DNA of 64,000 nt from Rhizodiscina lignyota (taxonomy: Eukaryota). The stretch's first letter is position 1, and each line of letters begins with the position of its first letter. Below, one piece after another: positions 1-12,511 of the stretch. The DNA lies in contig ML978127.1 in assembly GCA_010015805.1 (NCBI GenBank), forward strand, positions 1,860,001 through 1,924,000, in the 5' to 3' direction. The notes under the pieces were generated by a model. That model saw nothing but the letters and a program-made list of their open reading frames with translations. It searched no databases and had not been told where the DNA came from. The position numbers were made by a program, and so were the translations under genes.

Positions 1-362
1 AGCGTCTTCGCGGTGGAGCGAGCATGGGAAAGTCATGCAGAAGAGTGAGTTAAGAGTGCTTTGGAATCACATCTGGATGTTGGGCTGGTGTTGTTCATGA
101 TGAAGGCAAGAGATGCTGAAGCTCCACTTTAGATGTCGTGTCTGCCTTGGCCTTGATTGGCCGTAGCTTGGTGTCTAGTGGGCGCGCCGCCGCAAGCGAA
201 TCGATCAGCGCCAGCCTGCTCGCGTGACGAGAGAACAAATCATCACCGCCTTGCTTTTTCAATGCAGGGCCGCATGTAGGGTCCACGTCTTGCTTATTGC
301 AACGTGGAGAGCGTTAAACAATCATTTAGACAGACGTCGGTGGGTATATTTCATCCTATCCA

Positions 363-2063
363 TCAACGCCGAGCGTCGCTGTCCCCGACGGCATACCCCC
401 TTGCCACGCCTCTCCTACCTTCCTCTATCCTCGCTGACTCCTCGGCGTGCCCGTCTTCTTGATACGCAATCTCAAAGTCGCTTCCGAGACCCTGCCATGT
501 CCGTTTCTCGCGCAGGAACTCTGCTCCAGGAGATGCGACACCTCCGATTTGAATGACATCGCCATTCGCTCTCTTGATGAGCGACTGAGACGATGCGCTT
601 GGCACGCTCCCCGACAGCTTCTTCGGCGCCACTCGCATCGGTCGTGAGTGTGACACATATCGCCCTGTCCTCAGATCGAACTCCGGCGGCGCAGATTCTT
701 CTTCTGAATCATATTCTGCGTCGTCACCTTCCCCATCCTCACCGTTTTCGCCACGTCTGTCTCTCAACTCATCCTTTGTTGCTAGCACAGCTTGGAAGTC
801 GCTCGTCCATTCGCCTGTCCACACTCTTTCACTGTCACCTTTCAGTGCCAGGCTCAACTCGAAGGGCGTAATGATTGGCTTGTAGAACTCCTTGCTCTCA
901 AGTAAGCTGCTCTCCCAGCAACCGATGACAACCCATCCTCCAATCTCACTAAAATTCGCAATTTTCGCTGCGTTGACTTTGCCGACGACGAATGTATACG
1001 ACTTCTTGCCGGCATTAGCAATCATTTCTTTGACGTGCTCCACGACATGCAAGTAATTCTTGACGCTCAGTGTGTTGATGAGGATACCAAAGATGGAGAC
1101 TGTAGAGAGGGATGTGAGTAGAGCATATCTACGTCGAAGCGTCGCGGTAGAAGAAGCCAGTAAAGCCTTTGAGATATTGGTAGAGTCCCCTGAGGATGTT
1201 GGATAGATATGTATTACACCAGCTCGCGACGACAATGTGAGTAGCAGTGCTGTCGGAGGATGAGAAACATGAAATATCTGGTACTCCCGTAGTCGCGTTA
1301 TATCTTCTTGCACCTCTGTTGGTACAGTGCGGTTCGGAAGAGGAGAAGAAGGGTCATGTATAATCTCAGTCTCGAAGATGTTGCTATAGCCTTCTTTTTG
1401 AAGCAGCTGTGTGAGCTCTGCAATATGACTCGAATATGGTATATCTGTCATTAAGATGATTTTCTGCTCCAGGTCAGGATATGTGTCTTTGAATGTCCGT
1501 ACGATGTTCTCGAGTCCCAGCGGCCTAGTTGTAAAGACATAAATCACCGATAGTCGTGCAGTTGGTGAGAGACATGACCGGCCGTAATGTACAACTACAT
1601 CCGCATCGACATGCTCTGCAGCCACTTCGTCCACGCAGCACGATCCATACGAGGTGTCCGCTAGTATGAAGATCTTCTGTCCTTTTGCTTGAGTGTCCTC
1701 TTTGCTATCAGCCTCGTTGCTGACTGACACCTTCTCAAGCCGTGCAGATGTATCACCAACTTCATCCTTCGAGTCCGCCTCTTTCGTGGCCACCTCGGTC
1801 CGCCGCCTCTTTAAGCCTCTGACCAAACCCTCATACACCCTTGGTGCATCTACCAGCATCTCATCTGGAAACTGTAAGGCTATCCGCTTCCATCTTCCTT
1901 GTTGAATTTCTCTAACCGTCCGTTCAATCTCATATGTAACATGTACCTGCTCATCTGAGAGCTTCGGGAGGGACGATATGTCGATGGGGGCGGTTGGATC
2001 TTCGAAGATGTGAGTGTCTGGCGTTGACAGCACAGGAGCTGCTGTTTGAGGTGGCACTGCCAT
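363..2063 (-). CDS. DPH2: Diphthamide biosynthesis protein 2
   Basis: Intronless 566-aa ORF with IALQFPDEML, ILADTSYGSCCVDEVAAEH, VVHYGRSCLSP, VGKVNAAKIANF, GCWES, PIITPFEL and C-terminal RTWQGL...IEEGRRGVARGY, all characteristic of Dph2. Confidence 0.95.
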   Translation of the reverse strand: MAVPPQTAAPVLSTPDTHIFEDPTAPIDISSLPKLSDEQVHVTYEIERTVREIQQGRWKRIALQFPDEMLVDAPRVYEGLVRGLKRRRTEVATKEADSKDEVGDTSARLEKVSVSNEADSKEDTQAKGQKIFILADTSYGSCCVDEVAAEHVDADVVVHYGRSCLSPTARLSVIYVFTTRPLGLENIVRTFKDTYPDLEQKIILMTDIPYSSHIAELTQLLQKEGYSNIFETEIIHDPSSPLPNRTVPTEVQEDITRLREYQIFHVSHPPTALLLTLSSRAGVIHIYPTSSGDSTNISKALLASSTATLRRRYALLTSLSTVSIFGILINTLSVKNYLHVVEHVKEMIANAGKKSYTFVVGKVNAAKIANFSEIGGWVVIGCWESSLLESKEFYKPIITPFELSLALKGDSERVWTGEWTSDFQAVLATKDELRDRRGENGEDGEGDDAEYDSEEESAPPEFDLRTGRYVSHSRPMRVAPKKLSGSVPSASSQSLIKRANGDVIQIGGVASPGAEFLREKRTWQGLGSDFEIAYQEDGHAEESARIEEGRRGVARGYAVGDSDARR

Positions 2064-3363
2064 TGTAAAATGAGGTATTGATTAGTAGAGGTAGAGTAGT
2101 CAACTCTGGAGGAGAAAATAACTATCAGCGGCGTTGTCGGTGATTAGATTAGATACGATAAGATTGATCTTTTTGTTGGACAACATGCCGTCCGCGATGT
2201 CGACGACAGCGCTGCCGTTCTCACAAATGTGCTTGGCTCCAAACTTCAACTCACGAGGGTAGCCATGGAAATGATCAACCGCATGTTTCTACTTTAAGTC
2301 CCTCCATGACAGCTGGAGTACGTACGACCGCGTGGGTCACAGAATAGCCGGCCGCCAGGCAAGCTGTAACGCCTAAGGGCGACCAGCTCTTGCACTTCAA
2401 CGCGAGCGAGATTATCTCTAAAGGCTTAGTTCTAGGCTCTTTGGAGTGTATGTGCTAGTAACAGACTGTTGACATGCTTGCATACTTTGTTGGTGATGGA
2501 AGCTTTGCATTGCAGCTGACTAACTATATAAAGTGATACATGCACATGAATTTATTCAATTGCTTTCCCCAAGCACTTCCAAATGCCAGTCGTCAACTAT
2601 CCAATGCTCGGGGTTCGCTGGCAGAGCCCCGACAACGTTGGCAACAGCAAGAAGGATACTCCGAAGAAGGCAGACTGCGGTGAAAAGAAGGCTGTGTGAA
2701 GGAGTACTTGGAAGCCTGGAAATTCAATGTATATAGATTCAATCCATACCTCTTCAAATGGATACAGTGCCCTGTCATTATTTACACTCCCAATGACCAC
2801 GCAAAGTGAGAGCGGCCCCGAGGGTGACAAATAAGTTGAACGCTCCTTTCACGATACTGAACAGCAATAGAGTGTAAGCATGATAAGTAATAAAGCATGC
2901 AAGTTTTTCAACGGTTCGCGAATGTTTAGTACACTCCACAGAAAGTACAACTGAGCTTTCAGATATAATCTCACTCATCTTGAGGTGCATAAGCTAATGG
3001 CCCATGGCCGTTGCAACTTACGCGGGCAGGAAAGGTCGATGGAAAGCCGAATGGCTCATGCTTGTTTAACATAGGCCACAGGACTCTAAGCTGTCGATGC
3101 TCCAGGGCTCTTAGGGAAAATGTTGTTAGGGTATCAATTATCTGTGTGGTCGGAGGTGACAAAAAGGTTGGCCGTAACTTTCCAGACACTGAACAGCTAG
3201 TTACCCCCACGTGGGCCAGCCATGGCTTAAAAAGGCGAATGAAAACTCCTCCTCCACCATCCTCATTCCGTACATTGCAAGAGGGTTTCTTCATGTCGTT
3301 GAATTCGTTTCTGCCGACAGCTTGCGACACAGACAGTTCTTCTCATCCTTATTTGCGCGTCTG

Positions 3364-4770
3364 ATGGCAACATCCGCGGCGTGGAAGCGACCGATCAGGA
3401 CGGCCTGCGACCGATGTTACGAGCTCAAGGAGCGATGCGTGCGAGCCTCTTCAGAGGCCAGTGGAGCTTGTACAAGGTGCAGCAGGCTCGGTTTGGTCTG
3501 CTCAACTGTTCGCCCAGTGCGGCCAGCAGGCCGAAGACCACGCCACCGCGTACAATCAGCTTCAGGCACATCAAGTTCATCCGCTACCGTCGAAAATAGT
3601 GCTCTCGATATCGGTGCGTGGCTGAATGACGTCCGCGATCTTCTTCCGGAGGAGAAGGAGCTGCTGATGTTTCTCTTGGGCCGGCCTGAAAACCTGGAAT
3701 TGTACATGGTGAGCCCTGTCTTTCGAGATGCGGAGCAGCAGTCGCTGGCAGCTTCGTTGCGTTCTGCCTTTCCAGTCCTCAAAGATGCTTATCTTGCATG
3801 TGCTGGCACGCTGAAGCTGCTCTACCGGCCTGACATCGCGATGGAAGTGGATAAGAGCGCCACTCTCCGTCACGCCTCATCAGCGATGAAAATATTGCGA
3901 TCGCTCCCCGTTGCGAGCTCGAAGGACGCCGTTCTGTGTCTTATTCTCGGAAAAGCACTGGCGCTATCTGTGTATACTGCCGTTGGATCAGGTGTCGCAG
4001 ACATCTGTCATCACTGCCTCCGTATAACAAGTCCATTCATGGACTCATTGATATCATGTACAGATGCAGAGCCATGGTGGAACTTCCTTGTGATGCTTGA
4101 GACTATGGATTGTATGGTCCACCGTCGAATACCAACAGTGAGGATTCAGCTACGAGACCTCGAGAGAGTGGATCGCTACCTCGGTCTCTGTTTGCCCTTG
4201 TTGCCATATTACTATGATCTGTGTGTCATGAGCCACTCACTCGCCAACACTACTGACGCGAGCTACCTGGTCCGCATTGAGAAACAATTGAACGACATTC
4301 ACGCTGCCGTGGAGGCATGGCAGCCATCTCATCAGGCTCATCTTGTCAATCAATTTCAATCAGCAGATATTGTCAACCTCCTCGCTCAGGTAAAAGTTTA
4401 CCGGTTGGCAGCGCTCCTCGTGAGCCATCGTTTGCGATTCTCGTTTGGCCAGCAGGACATCCAGGCCGATATTTGGTCGAAAGAGATTATGACGGAGCTT
4501 AAGCTGGCGCAATGGGTCACGAAGCGGCTTATGCGATGTGTGACATTGCCATTTATCGTTGCAGCTATCGAGATTCGAGATCCCAGCACACGAGTTGAAG
4601 CGCTCCAGGCCGTGGAAGACTATGTGGACCGGTTTGCTCCACTTGTACAAAAAGCAGCAAAGACCTTTTTGTTAAGAGTTTGGCGCGAACGGGACTTGCA
4701 TCTCACATCCTCCTGGTTTGATTCGACCTACAAGCCATGTGTGCTATTGCATTACGCGGACGCAGCCTGA
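3364..4770 (+). CDS. Zn(II)2Cys6 transcription factor with fungal-specific TF C-terminal domain
   Basis: ACDRCYELKERC-x10-CTRCSRLGLVC six-Cys cluster follows the ATG at 3364; the ORF-track start at 3211 is a non-ATG extension. Confidence 0.88.
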   Translation: MATSAAWKRPIRTACDRCYELKERCVRASSEASGACTRCSRLGLVCSTVRPVRPAGRRPRHRVQSASGTSSSSATVENSALDIGAWLNDVRDLLPEEKELLMFLLGRPENLELYMVSPVFRDAEQQSLAASLRSAFPVLKDAYLACAGTLKLLYRPDIAMEVDKSATLRHASSAMKILRSLPVASSKDAVLCLILGKALALSVYTAVGSGVADICHHCLRITSPFMDSLISCTDAEPWWNFLVMLETMDCMVHRRIPTVRIQLRDLERVDRYLGLCLPLLPYYYDLCVMSHSLANTTDASYLVRIEKQLNDIHAAVEAWQPSHQAHLVNQFQSADIVNLLAQVKVYRLAALLVSHRLRFSFGQQDIQADIWSKEIMTELKLAQWVTKRLMRCVTLPFIVAAIEIRDPSTRVEALQAVEDYVDRFAPLVQKAAKTFLLRVWRERDLHLTSSWFDSTYKPCVLLHYADAA

Positions 4771-4989
4771 TTTCTCTGACTGATAGCTACTCGGATAGTC
4801 TTGGTATTACGCGATTATGATGTGCAAGAGTTTGCAACTACTACGGTCAAGAACGGGATGTGAACTCCATTGGTATCTCAACTCGGCATTCACGCACATG
4901 GAAAGGCAAATGGCGCTGTACACCGAGATCGAAAGAGTGAGTCGGCCATTGTTTGATTCTTTGCAGTAACCTACGTCGCATATTTCTAA

Positions 4990-6792
4990 TCATCTGCCAT
5001 TCAGGATCGCGTCCAGCATTGTTGCAATGTTTAGCAAAGCCTCATCAGCATGCCTATATCCAACCACCTGAACGCAAACAGGTATGCCTTTGTAATCTTT
5101 AGGGCCAGTGTCTGAATGAGTCAAGTGTTAGCTCACACCATCTGATGGAAGAGCGGATATCTTGTTGTTCTTACAGAGACTGTACAGCCGGGTATCTTCA
5201 GAACCAAACTTTGCATTACCCACATCGTCTGCCAGGTCTGACTCTCGCACTTCGTCTACCGGCAATACCACAGCAGGAAAGTCGAGATGGTTCCACAAAC
5301 CAGTGTAAGTTGCCGTGCTCCAAGTGTCCAAAGGGATCGCCGTATGAGGCGCTGGAGGCATCAAGATTGCGTCAAGATTGTTGTCGCGGAACAGGCGGAG
5401 ATATTCTTTAGCCGCCTCGGCTTGCCTAACGTTAAGGTCAAAAAAGCCCTTCAGGGTCGTTCCACGCATGTCAAGAAGGCCGAGCGCCTTGAGTGATGGC
5501 ACGAGCGGCTCACCAGTTCGGGCAAACTGTTCAAGGTAGTGCTTAAGTGATTCATGTCAGCTTGCACAAGATGAGAGGATCTCTCTGACGTACGTCACCT
5601 CCCGAGACAGCCCAGTGGCTGACGAGATTTTGATAATGTTCCTTGACATCTGGCAAAGTCAACGGGATAATCTCGATACGTTTGCTCTTCTCAAGAAGAG
5701 TCGCTGCCTCTTTCATGGCCCGTCGGATCGGAGGTGTTGGTGTATAGATGCCGTCATTTTCAACCACGGCGATGCGCAGACGTTCCTTGGCCTTCACATT
5801 CGTCCATGGCAGCGAGACGACGGTACTGTCATATCTCCAGGTGCCTGTTTGCATTAGTGTTTTTACAAAAAGACGGCAGTCCCGAATTGACGTCGCCATT
5901 GGCCCAGCCGTCGAACGAATGCCATCCGTCCCAGGTACGTTGAGATCGCGGACACCACCATGAGGCACCAGCCCTACGCTCGGCCGAAATCCGTAGATGC
6001 CATTGCACAGGGATGGGATACGAATGCTCCCGCATATATCCGTACCGACTCCAAGCACACTTCCTCGAAGCGCAATCAACGCACCCTCGCCACCAGTGCT
6101 CCCGCCCGCAGTCAAGAGTTCATTGCGAGGATTGAAAGTCCTGCCAAAGACATTGTTGTCGCTGTCGCCAGTCATGATAGACTGAGGGAGATTGGTCTTG
6201 CAGTAGAGTACTGCGCCCAAGTCCAACAGCATGGCGGCAGTACTGCTGTTTTCCTCTGCTGGCTCGTTGACGTAGCAAGCCAAGCCTGTTGATGTATCAT
6301 ACCCAGCCACCTGGAAACTGTCTTTGAGAGAGATTGGTAGGCCGTGGAGAGGTCGGAGAGCGTTGCCACTTGGATTTTGTTGTCGCTCTTTGTCAAGCTG
6401 GCGAGCGCGCTCGATTGCCTCATCGAAGAAGATCTCAGTCAAGCAGTTGGTCTGGTTTCGCATTAAAGTTCGTCAACTACAACGCAGTGGGTACATCTGG
6501 GCCAACTGACCAGCTGCTGCGCAATAGCAGCCCGCTTGCAAAAAGCGATCGTCACTTGCTCGGCAGACCAAAGGCCGCTCCTGAGCTTCTCGAGGAGAGC
6601 CGTGGCGTCGTATTCCGATGTGATCTCGCACTCGACATTATCCAAGATGCCACAAGTAACTGGCACGTCCAAGACATTGGTAGAGTTGCGATGTGTCTCT
6701 GCAGAAATCAGCCAATCTTTAGGGATCTTGTTAGCCTGTTGTAGTTTCTTCTCTGCGGCAATTATTTGATAATCTGGCTTGGTTGAATGCAT
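4990..6792 (-). CDS. Amidase-signature family enzyme (acetamidase/general amidase-like), multi-exon
   Basis: ORF pieces 6463-6792, 5552-6463 and 5128-5502 plus a terminal exon (YKGIPVCVQVVG...LDAILNGR*). Motifs AFCKRAAIAQQ, LHGLPISLKDSF, GGSTGGEGAL, GTDICGSIRIPS give the Lys/cis-Ser/Ser triad. Exon boundaries approximate. Confidence 0.92.
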
Positions 6793-7751
6793 CTTGATTC
6801 AGCCGCAGAAACAAATGAGCTGAAGAAAAGAACCTTTAGATTTTCTGACAACTTGCGAGCTCTCTTTCATCATATATACTCCAGAAGGCCCTTGAGCTGG
6901 GTCTCGGATTACTAGTAGACGCAGAACTTACACGCACATTGGGTTGCACAAATCATTGAAAACGTCCGGTTTCGGTTCCAAGCTTCACGCCATGGGAAGC
7001 ATGTTTGGCGTTGCAATCAGAAGAAGACTTGCAAGCGCCGATTAATCCCAATTACTCTGCGCTTGACCGTGTCCAGCAAGGTAATTTCCATTTCCCTGGC
7101 ATCACTCTGCACGATGAAGCGCCAGGCTCGTCCTCTACACCACACACAGGATTATTCTATTGGTTTCTATTGGGTCCGGACGTGCTAGCGACAATGCGGC
7201 GTCCGTGAGGCTACATAGACGACTCGATCCATTTTTCGATGCGGAACATCCGCCAATCCTCCGGCCAACCTTCCGGCTTGATCAAAATTAGTCAGTGAAC
7301 GCGCTGTTTAGCTATCACAAGTGCATGTTTAAGTCGCGGCTAGTGAAGTGGGGGATGCAGCCTCGCGACCTTTCTGCCTGATTTATGAGGTCGGATGCAT
7401 ATTGTCATATGTGATGAGGAATGGCTGTTCCATCGTGCTGTTCGAAATGCCATGATATCGATGATGCGGTAGGATCATGATGATAACATCGAGAAGACAT
7501 CTTAGCATGGTAGAATCCGAAGAACTAGGTGTAATAGTAGTTGGATATGCAAGAGGTCGTGCCCGTCTCAATTTTGAAGTCGGAGGAGTCCAACATTCCA
7601 CCCTCAGCACGGACGTTTCCTAAAGCAGCACTAGGCGCATCATCTTGCAGCTCCCGCTGCACGCACCCCGCGAACCTTCCATCTCAACAGCATAGCCTAT
7701 ACCCTCAATTCGAAACGCTTACCTACGTTTTTCACATGATACCCGGCCAGC

Positions 7752-9181
7752 ATGGACATTGCTTACGACCACATCCAAGAGGAGAACTTCAAAGAGAGCG
7801 AGGGCGCGGAGAAGCAGGCCGCTGAGACGCAGAGCAACCTCAACCAGGAGTTCCAGGACGCTTACAAGGCCATCTCGAGCAGTCCTTGGGGAACAAAGCT
7901 GGGAGGATGGTTCGCGACTGCTAAGAAGCAGGTCCGTTTCCCTTCTTCGTCTCCATTACTGGGGCATTGTATGTATGGGACTATGGAGCTGACGTCGAAC
8001 AATGCATAGGGCCAGTCCTACCTTGAAGAAGCAAAGCGCGAATACAATACCGCCAGCACCGAAGCCTCCAAGAACCTAACTTCCCTCGTCACACGCGCGC
8101 GTTCACTGTCCCTAAATCAAGACGCCTCTGCCTCTACGAACATAGCATCCGCCGATGGCCAGACCTTCACCGAAGAGCTCCCCCGCGCCTCCACTGACAC
8201 TAATGCCACTGCGACCGCTCCCACTGTCGTCGTCGAACGTCCCGATTCTCTACCCGCCGACATCGTCAAGGAGGCCGAGAGCATGCTGACGCGCTTCCGG
8301 GGCGAGGCAGCAAAGCGACTCAAGGATATCCAGAAAGCAGAAGACGCAGCAGATGAGGCACTGCTTAAGTTCGGCACGAACATTCGGAGCTTCCTGCGCG
8401 ATGCAGTAACAGTGACCGCGCCGCCGGAGGACGAGCAGGGGAAGGATGGAGGCAAGGTGCTGTTCGAGTCGAAAGACGCGGAAGGGAAGAGGGTCATTCA
8501 TACCACGAGGTTCGACGCGCAGTTGCATGTTATCCACAGCAGTTTAGATTCGTTCCTGCGGGATCCAAAGAGCGAGCTATATGAGCCGTGGGCGAAGGAT
8601 TTTGATATTGACAAGAAGACGGAGGAGATCGCGAAGGACTTGGACAAGTACGAGGAGCTCAGACGGGCGATGGAGAAGTGCGTCCCGGAGAAGGTCGACT
8701 ATGGCACTTTCTGGACACGATACTACTTCTTGCGACACGTCATTGAGACAGAGGAGGCCAGGAGGAGAGAATTGCTGAAAGGTATGTTCAGTCCCCTATT
8801 TATCAATTTCATCTTCAGTTTGGATTTGTAACAGGAAAAACTACAGGCGCCGCAACAACCGAAGAAGAAGTCGCCTGGGACGAAGACTCCGATTCTGAAG
8901 GATCCGCAACCCCTAACAACGCCGGTGCTCCAAGCAGCTCCACAACAACGCTCACGAAGAACGCCGCACCGACAGCTGAATCTAAAGCCGAGACTGATAC
9001 ACTCAAGCCCACCGAATCGCGCCGTTCTCACGACCAACAAAGCCAGGCCGGCAGTGATGCTAGTTATGACATCGTCAGTGGAGCTTCAAGCCGTGCACCG
9101 GGCAGCCCTACCGACAGCGCCAAGGGCAAGGACAAGGTTAAGAGAGTAGCGGAGGAGAGCGACGAGGAGGATTGGGAGTAG
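7752..9181 (+). CDS. BSD-domain protein (Dos2-like), 3 exons
   Basis: [11 protein letters not shown] start, [45 protein letters not shown] (BSD core), [11 protein letters not shown] and acidic C-terminus [13 protein letters not shown] introns near 7932-8009 and 8782-8834. Confidence 0.88.
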
Positions 9182-9404
9182 ATCTATATCTGTTTTGGTC
9201 GCATCGGTAGGTTTGGTTATCGGCGTATGCCTCTCTTGGGAATTAGCTTCGCACGGTGTACTTTGGTCATTGTCGCATGAACGTGGTTCTGACATGTACG
9301 ATCTGGTCAAACGGGAAGTTCAATGCAATTTTTGAATAAGGCCTCCGGGTATCATAAATGCAAAGACGTAAACATCACGTCGTCTATCTCCACCGACCCC
9401 ACTA

Positions 9405-11912
9405 TTACTTAGTATTACCCTGGTCTTTCAATGTCGCAGAACCAGGACTTGTTCCTAGAGTGGAGTCCCTCTCATTCCTCCCCAGTGGACTCTTACCCAC
9501 CGGCATACTCTTCTCCCGCCGGAGCGCATCCGGTCGCGGAATCGGATGCATTTGCACCTGCATGCTCTTTCTCAGCAAAGGAGAAGACATGCCCGGCGAG
9601 CTAGCGGGCGACATGTGTACTCGCGGTCTATTTCTCGACGCACCTCCACTCCGCGCGGAGAAGTGCAGAGGCGGCTCGTCCGACGTACCACCACTTGCAA
9701 AACTCTCGCCATACCCTCTCGCAAGAGCAGGTGAGTATCGCCGGTCAGAAATGGGTGTGCCGTAACCTTCTCCTTCCTCTGAACCACCTGTAGTGGCATC
9801 ATGGCCATAATGCTCGAGATACTCTTCGCCTCGTCTCTTCACAGGGCTCTCGTCGTATGGATCGAAGCCGACGCGCTGCCTCGCTTCCCGCCTTACGCGG
9901 CGCCTTGTTTCGGCATCGCCACCTGCACCGGTGGTGCCGGCTTCGGACAGGAAGAAGTTGAGCAGCTCGTCGGTGATTGCGAGATGGCTGCATTGCTGAA
10001 ATTGTTGGAGGGCGGTGAGGCGAATGAGGAGCTCGAGGAGGGACAGTGATGTACGAAGTGGTGGTAGGGTGGTAGGTGCTGTTGGGTAGGATGCATTCGG
10101 AGCTGGAGAATGGAGAGGTTGAGTGGGGATTAGTTGGCTTTGGTGATGGCGGGGAGATGATGGTGGCGTAGTGGATGTGAGGTTGAGGTGTGAGAGAGCG
10201 GCTGTGACGGTGGGATCAAGTGAGTTGCCGCGGGTTGGCACAGGCGGTGTAGACGATGGCTCTTCAGTTGGGAGAGAATCTTCTTCATCAGAGTCAGGAT
10301 CTTCGGTATAGACCTCAAATGCCATCCACTCCGGATCGAGATTCGGCGGGAGTGACCACTCGCGTGAGGCTAGAGAGGCGTGACCCGCAGTCTCCTCTTC
10401 AGGTGCAACAGAAGATTCACGTCGGATCTGGGCATCCACGTCCGGCTGCTCGTCGTCATCGTCATCATCGCTCTCATCATTGAGCCACTGCGATTCTTCG
10501 GCTTCCCTGTCCATCATGCGACGTGGCGGAATGGCGTTAATGTCACGCTTTAGCAGCAAGATTGGATTGTTCGTCTCGCCTTCCGATCCAATGTTCAGGA
10601 TTTTTCCTGTATCAGCGTAGAAAATCTTGGAAATCTGATGGATGGGGAGTGCCTCTCGGATGCCCGCTAGAGCGACATCGTCAAATGGTCCAGGCTGAGG
10701 TTGATCGTCTTCGAAGGTGTGAACCCGGTCATCGTCAAGGTCTTCTGTGATAAGAAGCTGGTAACCGAATTCGTATGCTTTACCTTCCGATGGGATCTCT
10801 TCGGTCTCGTTTTCTGCAGCGTTTGATCGGAGGCCGTGAACTGAAAACTCAAGCGTTCCCTCACCCGAAGCTGGGAGACGATCGATTTTCTCCAGAGGTA
10901 TACGAAGAAGCTTGACTCGAGCCTTATGGATAACTTCTTTCCAAGTAGTCTCGCGGACACCCTCTTCATCCTGTGGCCTATATGCATGGCCCGAAAACAG
11001 CATGTATAATGACAGGGTGAAGACTGGACCGACTTGTACGGCCTGTCCAGGAGCCATGGAGTAGCGCGTATCCCCCGCTGTGAGGAATGTGCTTGCTTGA
11101 AGGAGCCTTGACGGTGAAACACTTGAAGGTAGAGCTGTGGATAGGTTGACTCCAGAGGTGGTAATCGCGAGGCTAATAAGGGGAACAGCATCCTCAACTC
11201 GCTCCAGTAGTCGTCTCATATCCGCGATGATTTGCTTAAGCTCCTGTTCATTCTGAGCAGCCGACTTTGCCCTTGAACTGCCTTTCCTCTGGAGCTCTTC
11301 ATCTGTTGCGGCTTTGGCCAAACGGACACCCAGTGATTGAATGTCCCATCGTAGAGCTTTGGTTAATGTAACGGCAGATTCAAGAGACGTATTTCCTCGT
11401 GCTGCTCTTTCGATTGTCAGCTGAATACCGTAGAGCACAGTAATGTACCTACATCAATTCGATCATGTCGATGGCTGGCGAGATAATCTTCGATCTTGTC
11501 AGCGAATGCAAAGTTTGAGTGTGATGTCCAACATACCCTTATTTTGCTCTCAAGGCGTTGCTGAAGGCTGGAAATTTCGAATCGCTCCGTCTCGTTTGTT
11601 TTTACGTTCTACTGGCTGTCAACTGCGTGCCGACGAGAACAATCAGGCCTCGTAGACTTACGCGGAGAAGCCTTGAACATTGCCGGATAGCATATCCACT
11701 AGTGATAGCAATGCCAGAACTACATAGGCAACTGTTAGATTCACCTCTAGAAAGTATCGTCCTAGACCCACCGAATGGCATGGTTCATCGCCTGCTGAGT
11801 GATCTGAAATGTATATTAGCTTGGGCTCAAAAGAGGGTTCGAACTTATTGGCCAATATCTCTTTAGATAAGAGGGGAAGTAGATAGTAAACATTTATACG
11901 CAGAAACTCCAT
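9405..11912 (-). CDS. RanGTP-binding protein (Yrb30-like), multi-exon
   Basis: 5' exons give MEFL...AMN/YAIR..SGITITSGYAIRQCSRLL; main exon has AARGNTSLESAV, RVEDAVPLISLAITTSGVNLST, SVSPSRLLQAS and LSLLELLIRLTALQQFQQCSHL. Start exon inferred. Confidence 0.82.
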
Positions 11913-12511
11913 CGACAAACGCGAGAGGCGAGAGAATATAACCTGCTAGAGCTTCAAAATGAGGCAGCAGACAAAGGGAACCAACCTTTGACAACAGAAT
12001 GTCCATGATTGTGACGGGGGGGCAGCAACATCAGCTGCATGTTCCTGGATAGAGAAGAAACAAAACTTCGTTCTGCAATCACTCTGAATCTGCAATATGA
12101 AGTTGTTGTGTTTGATGGCGGCGTGTTTATGATCAGGGCGGCGTGTTTGGAACCTAATGGTGCCGGGAAGTTCAGCCACATCACGAATGACTCTGTGGCG
12201 CTTGCGCTCCACGCCAAGCCTGCCAGCCAGCATTAAAAAATTCCCCACCACCACCTGCCAATCCTCCGTTGCGAGGCCAAATCAGTGACACAGAAGAATC
12301 GCCAGAACTGTCAAGCACACATCCCGATAGCCCGCGATACCCTATCATTCTGCTCACGATATAATTGGGCCAGCCCGATTTGCGGAAGACTGTGGCGTGC
12401 GACCGCGGTCTGAGTACCAAGAGTCATCGACTCTCAGATACTTCAGGCACACTCACTCATTCTATCGTTTCTCCTCCATCAAAACCGCATCATACCACTA
12501 CTTCGAACACA

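Noticed and set aside
1..50. RLRGG (ubiquitin-like end) on + and MLAPPRRR start on -
   Set aside because: Too little sequence at the window edge; the residue before RLRGG is not Leu.
2139..2170. GAT/GATA repeat cluster upstream of DPH2
   Set aside because: Plausible GATAAG promoter element, but common and untestable from this sequence alone.
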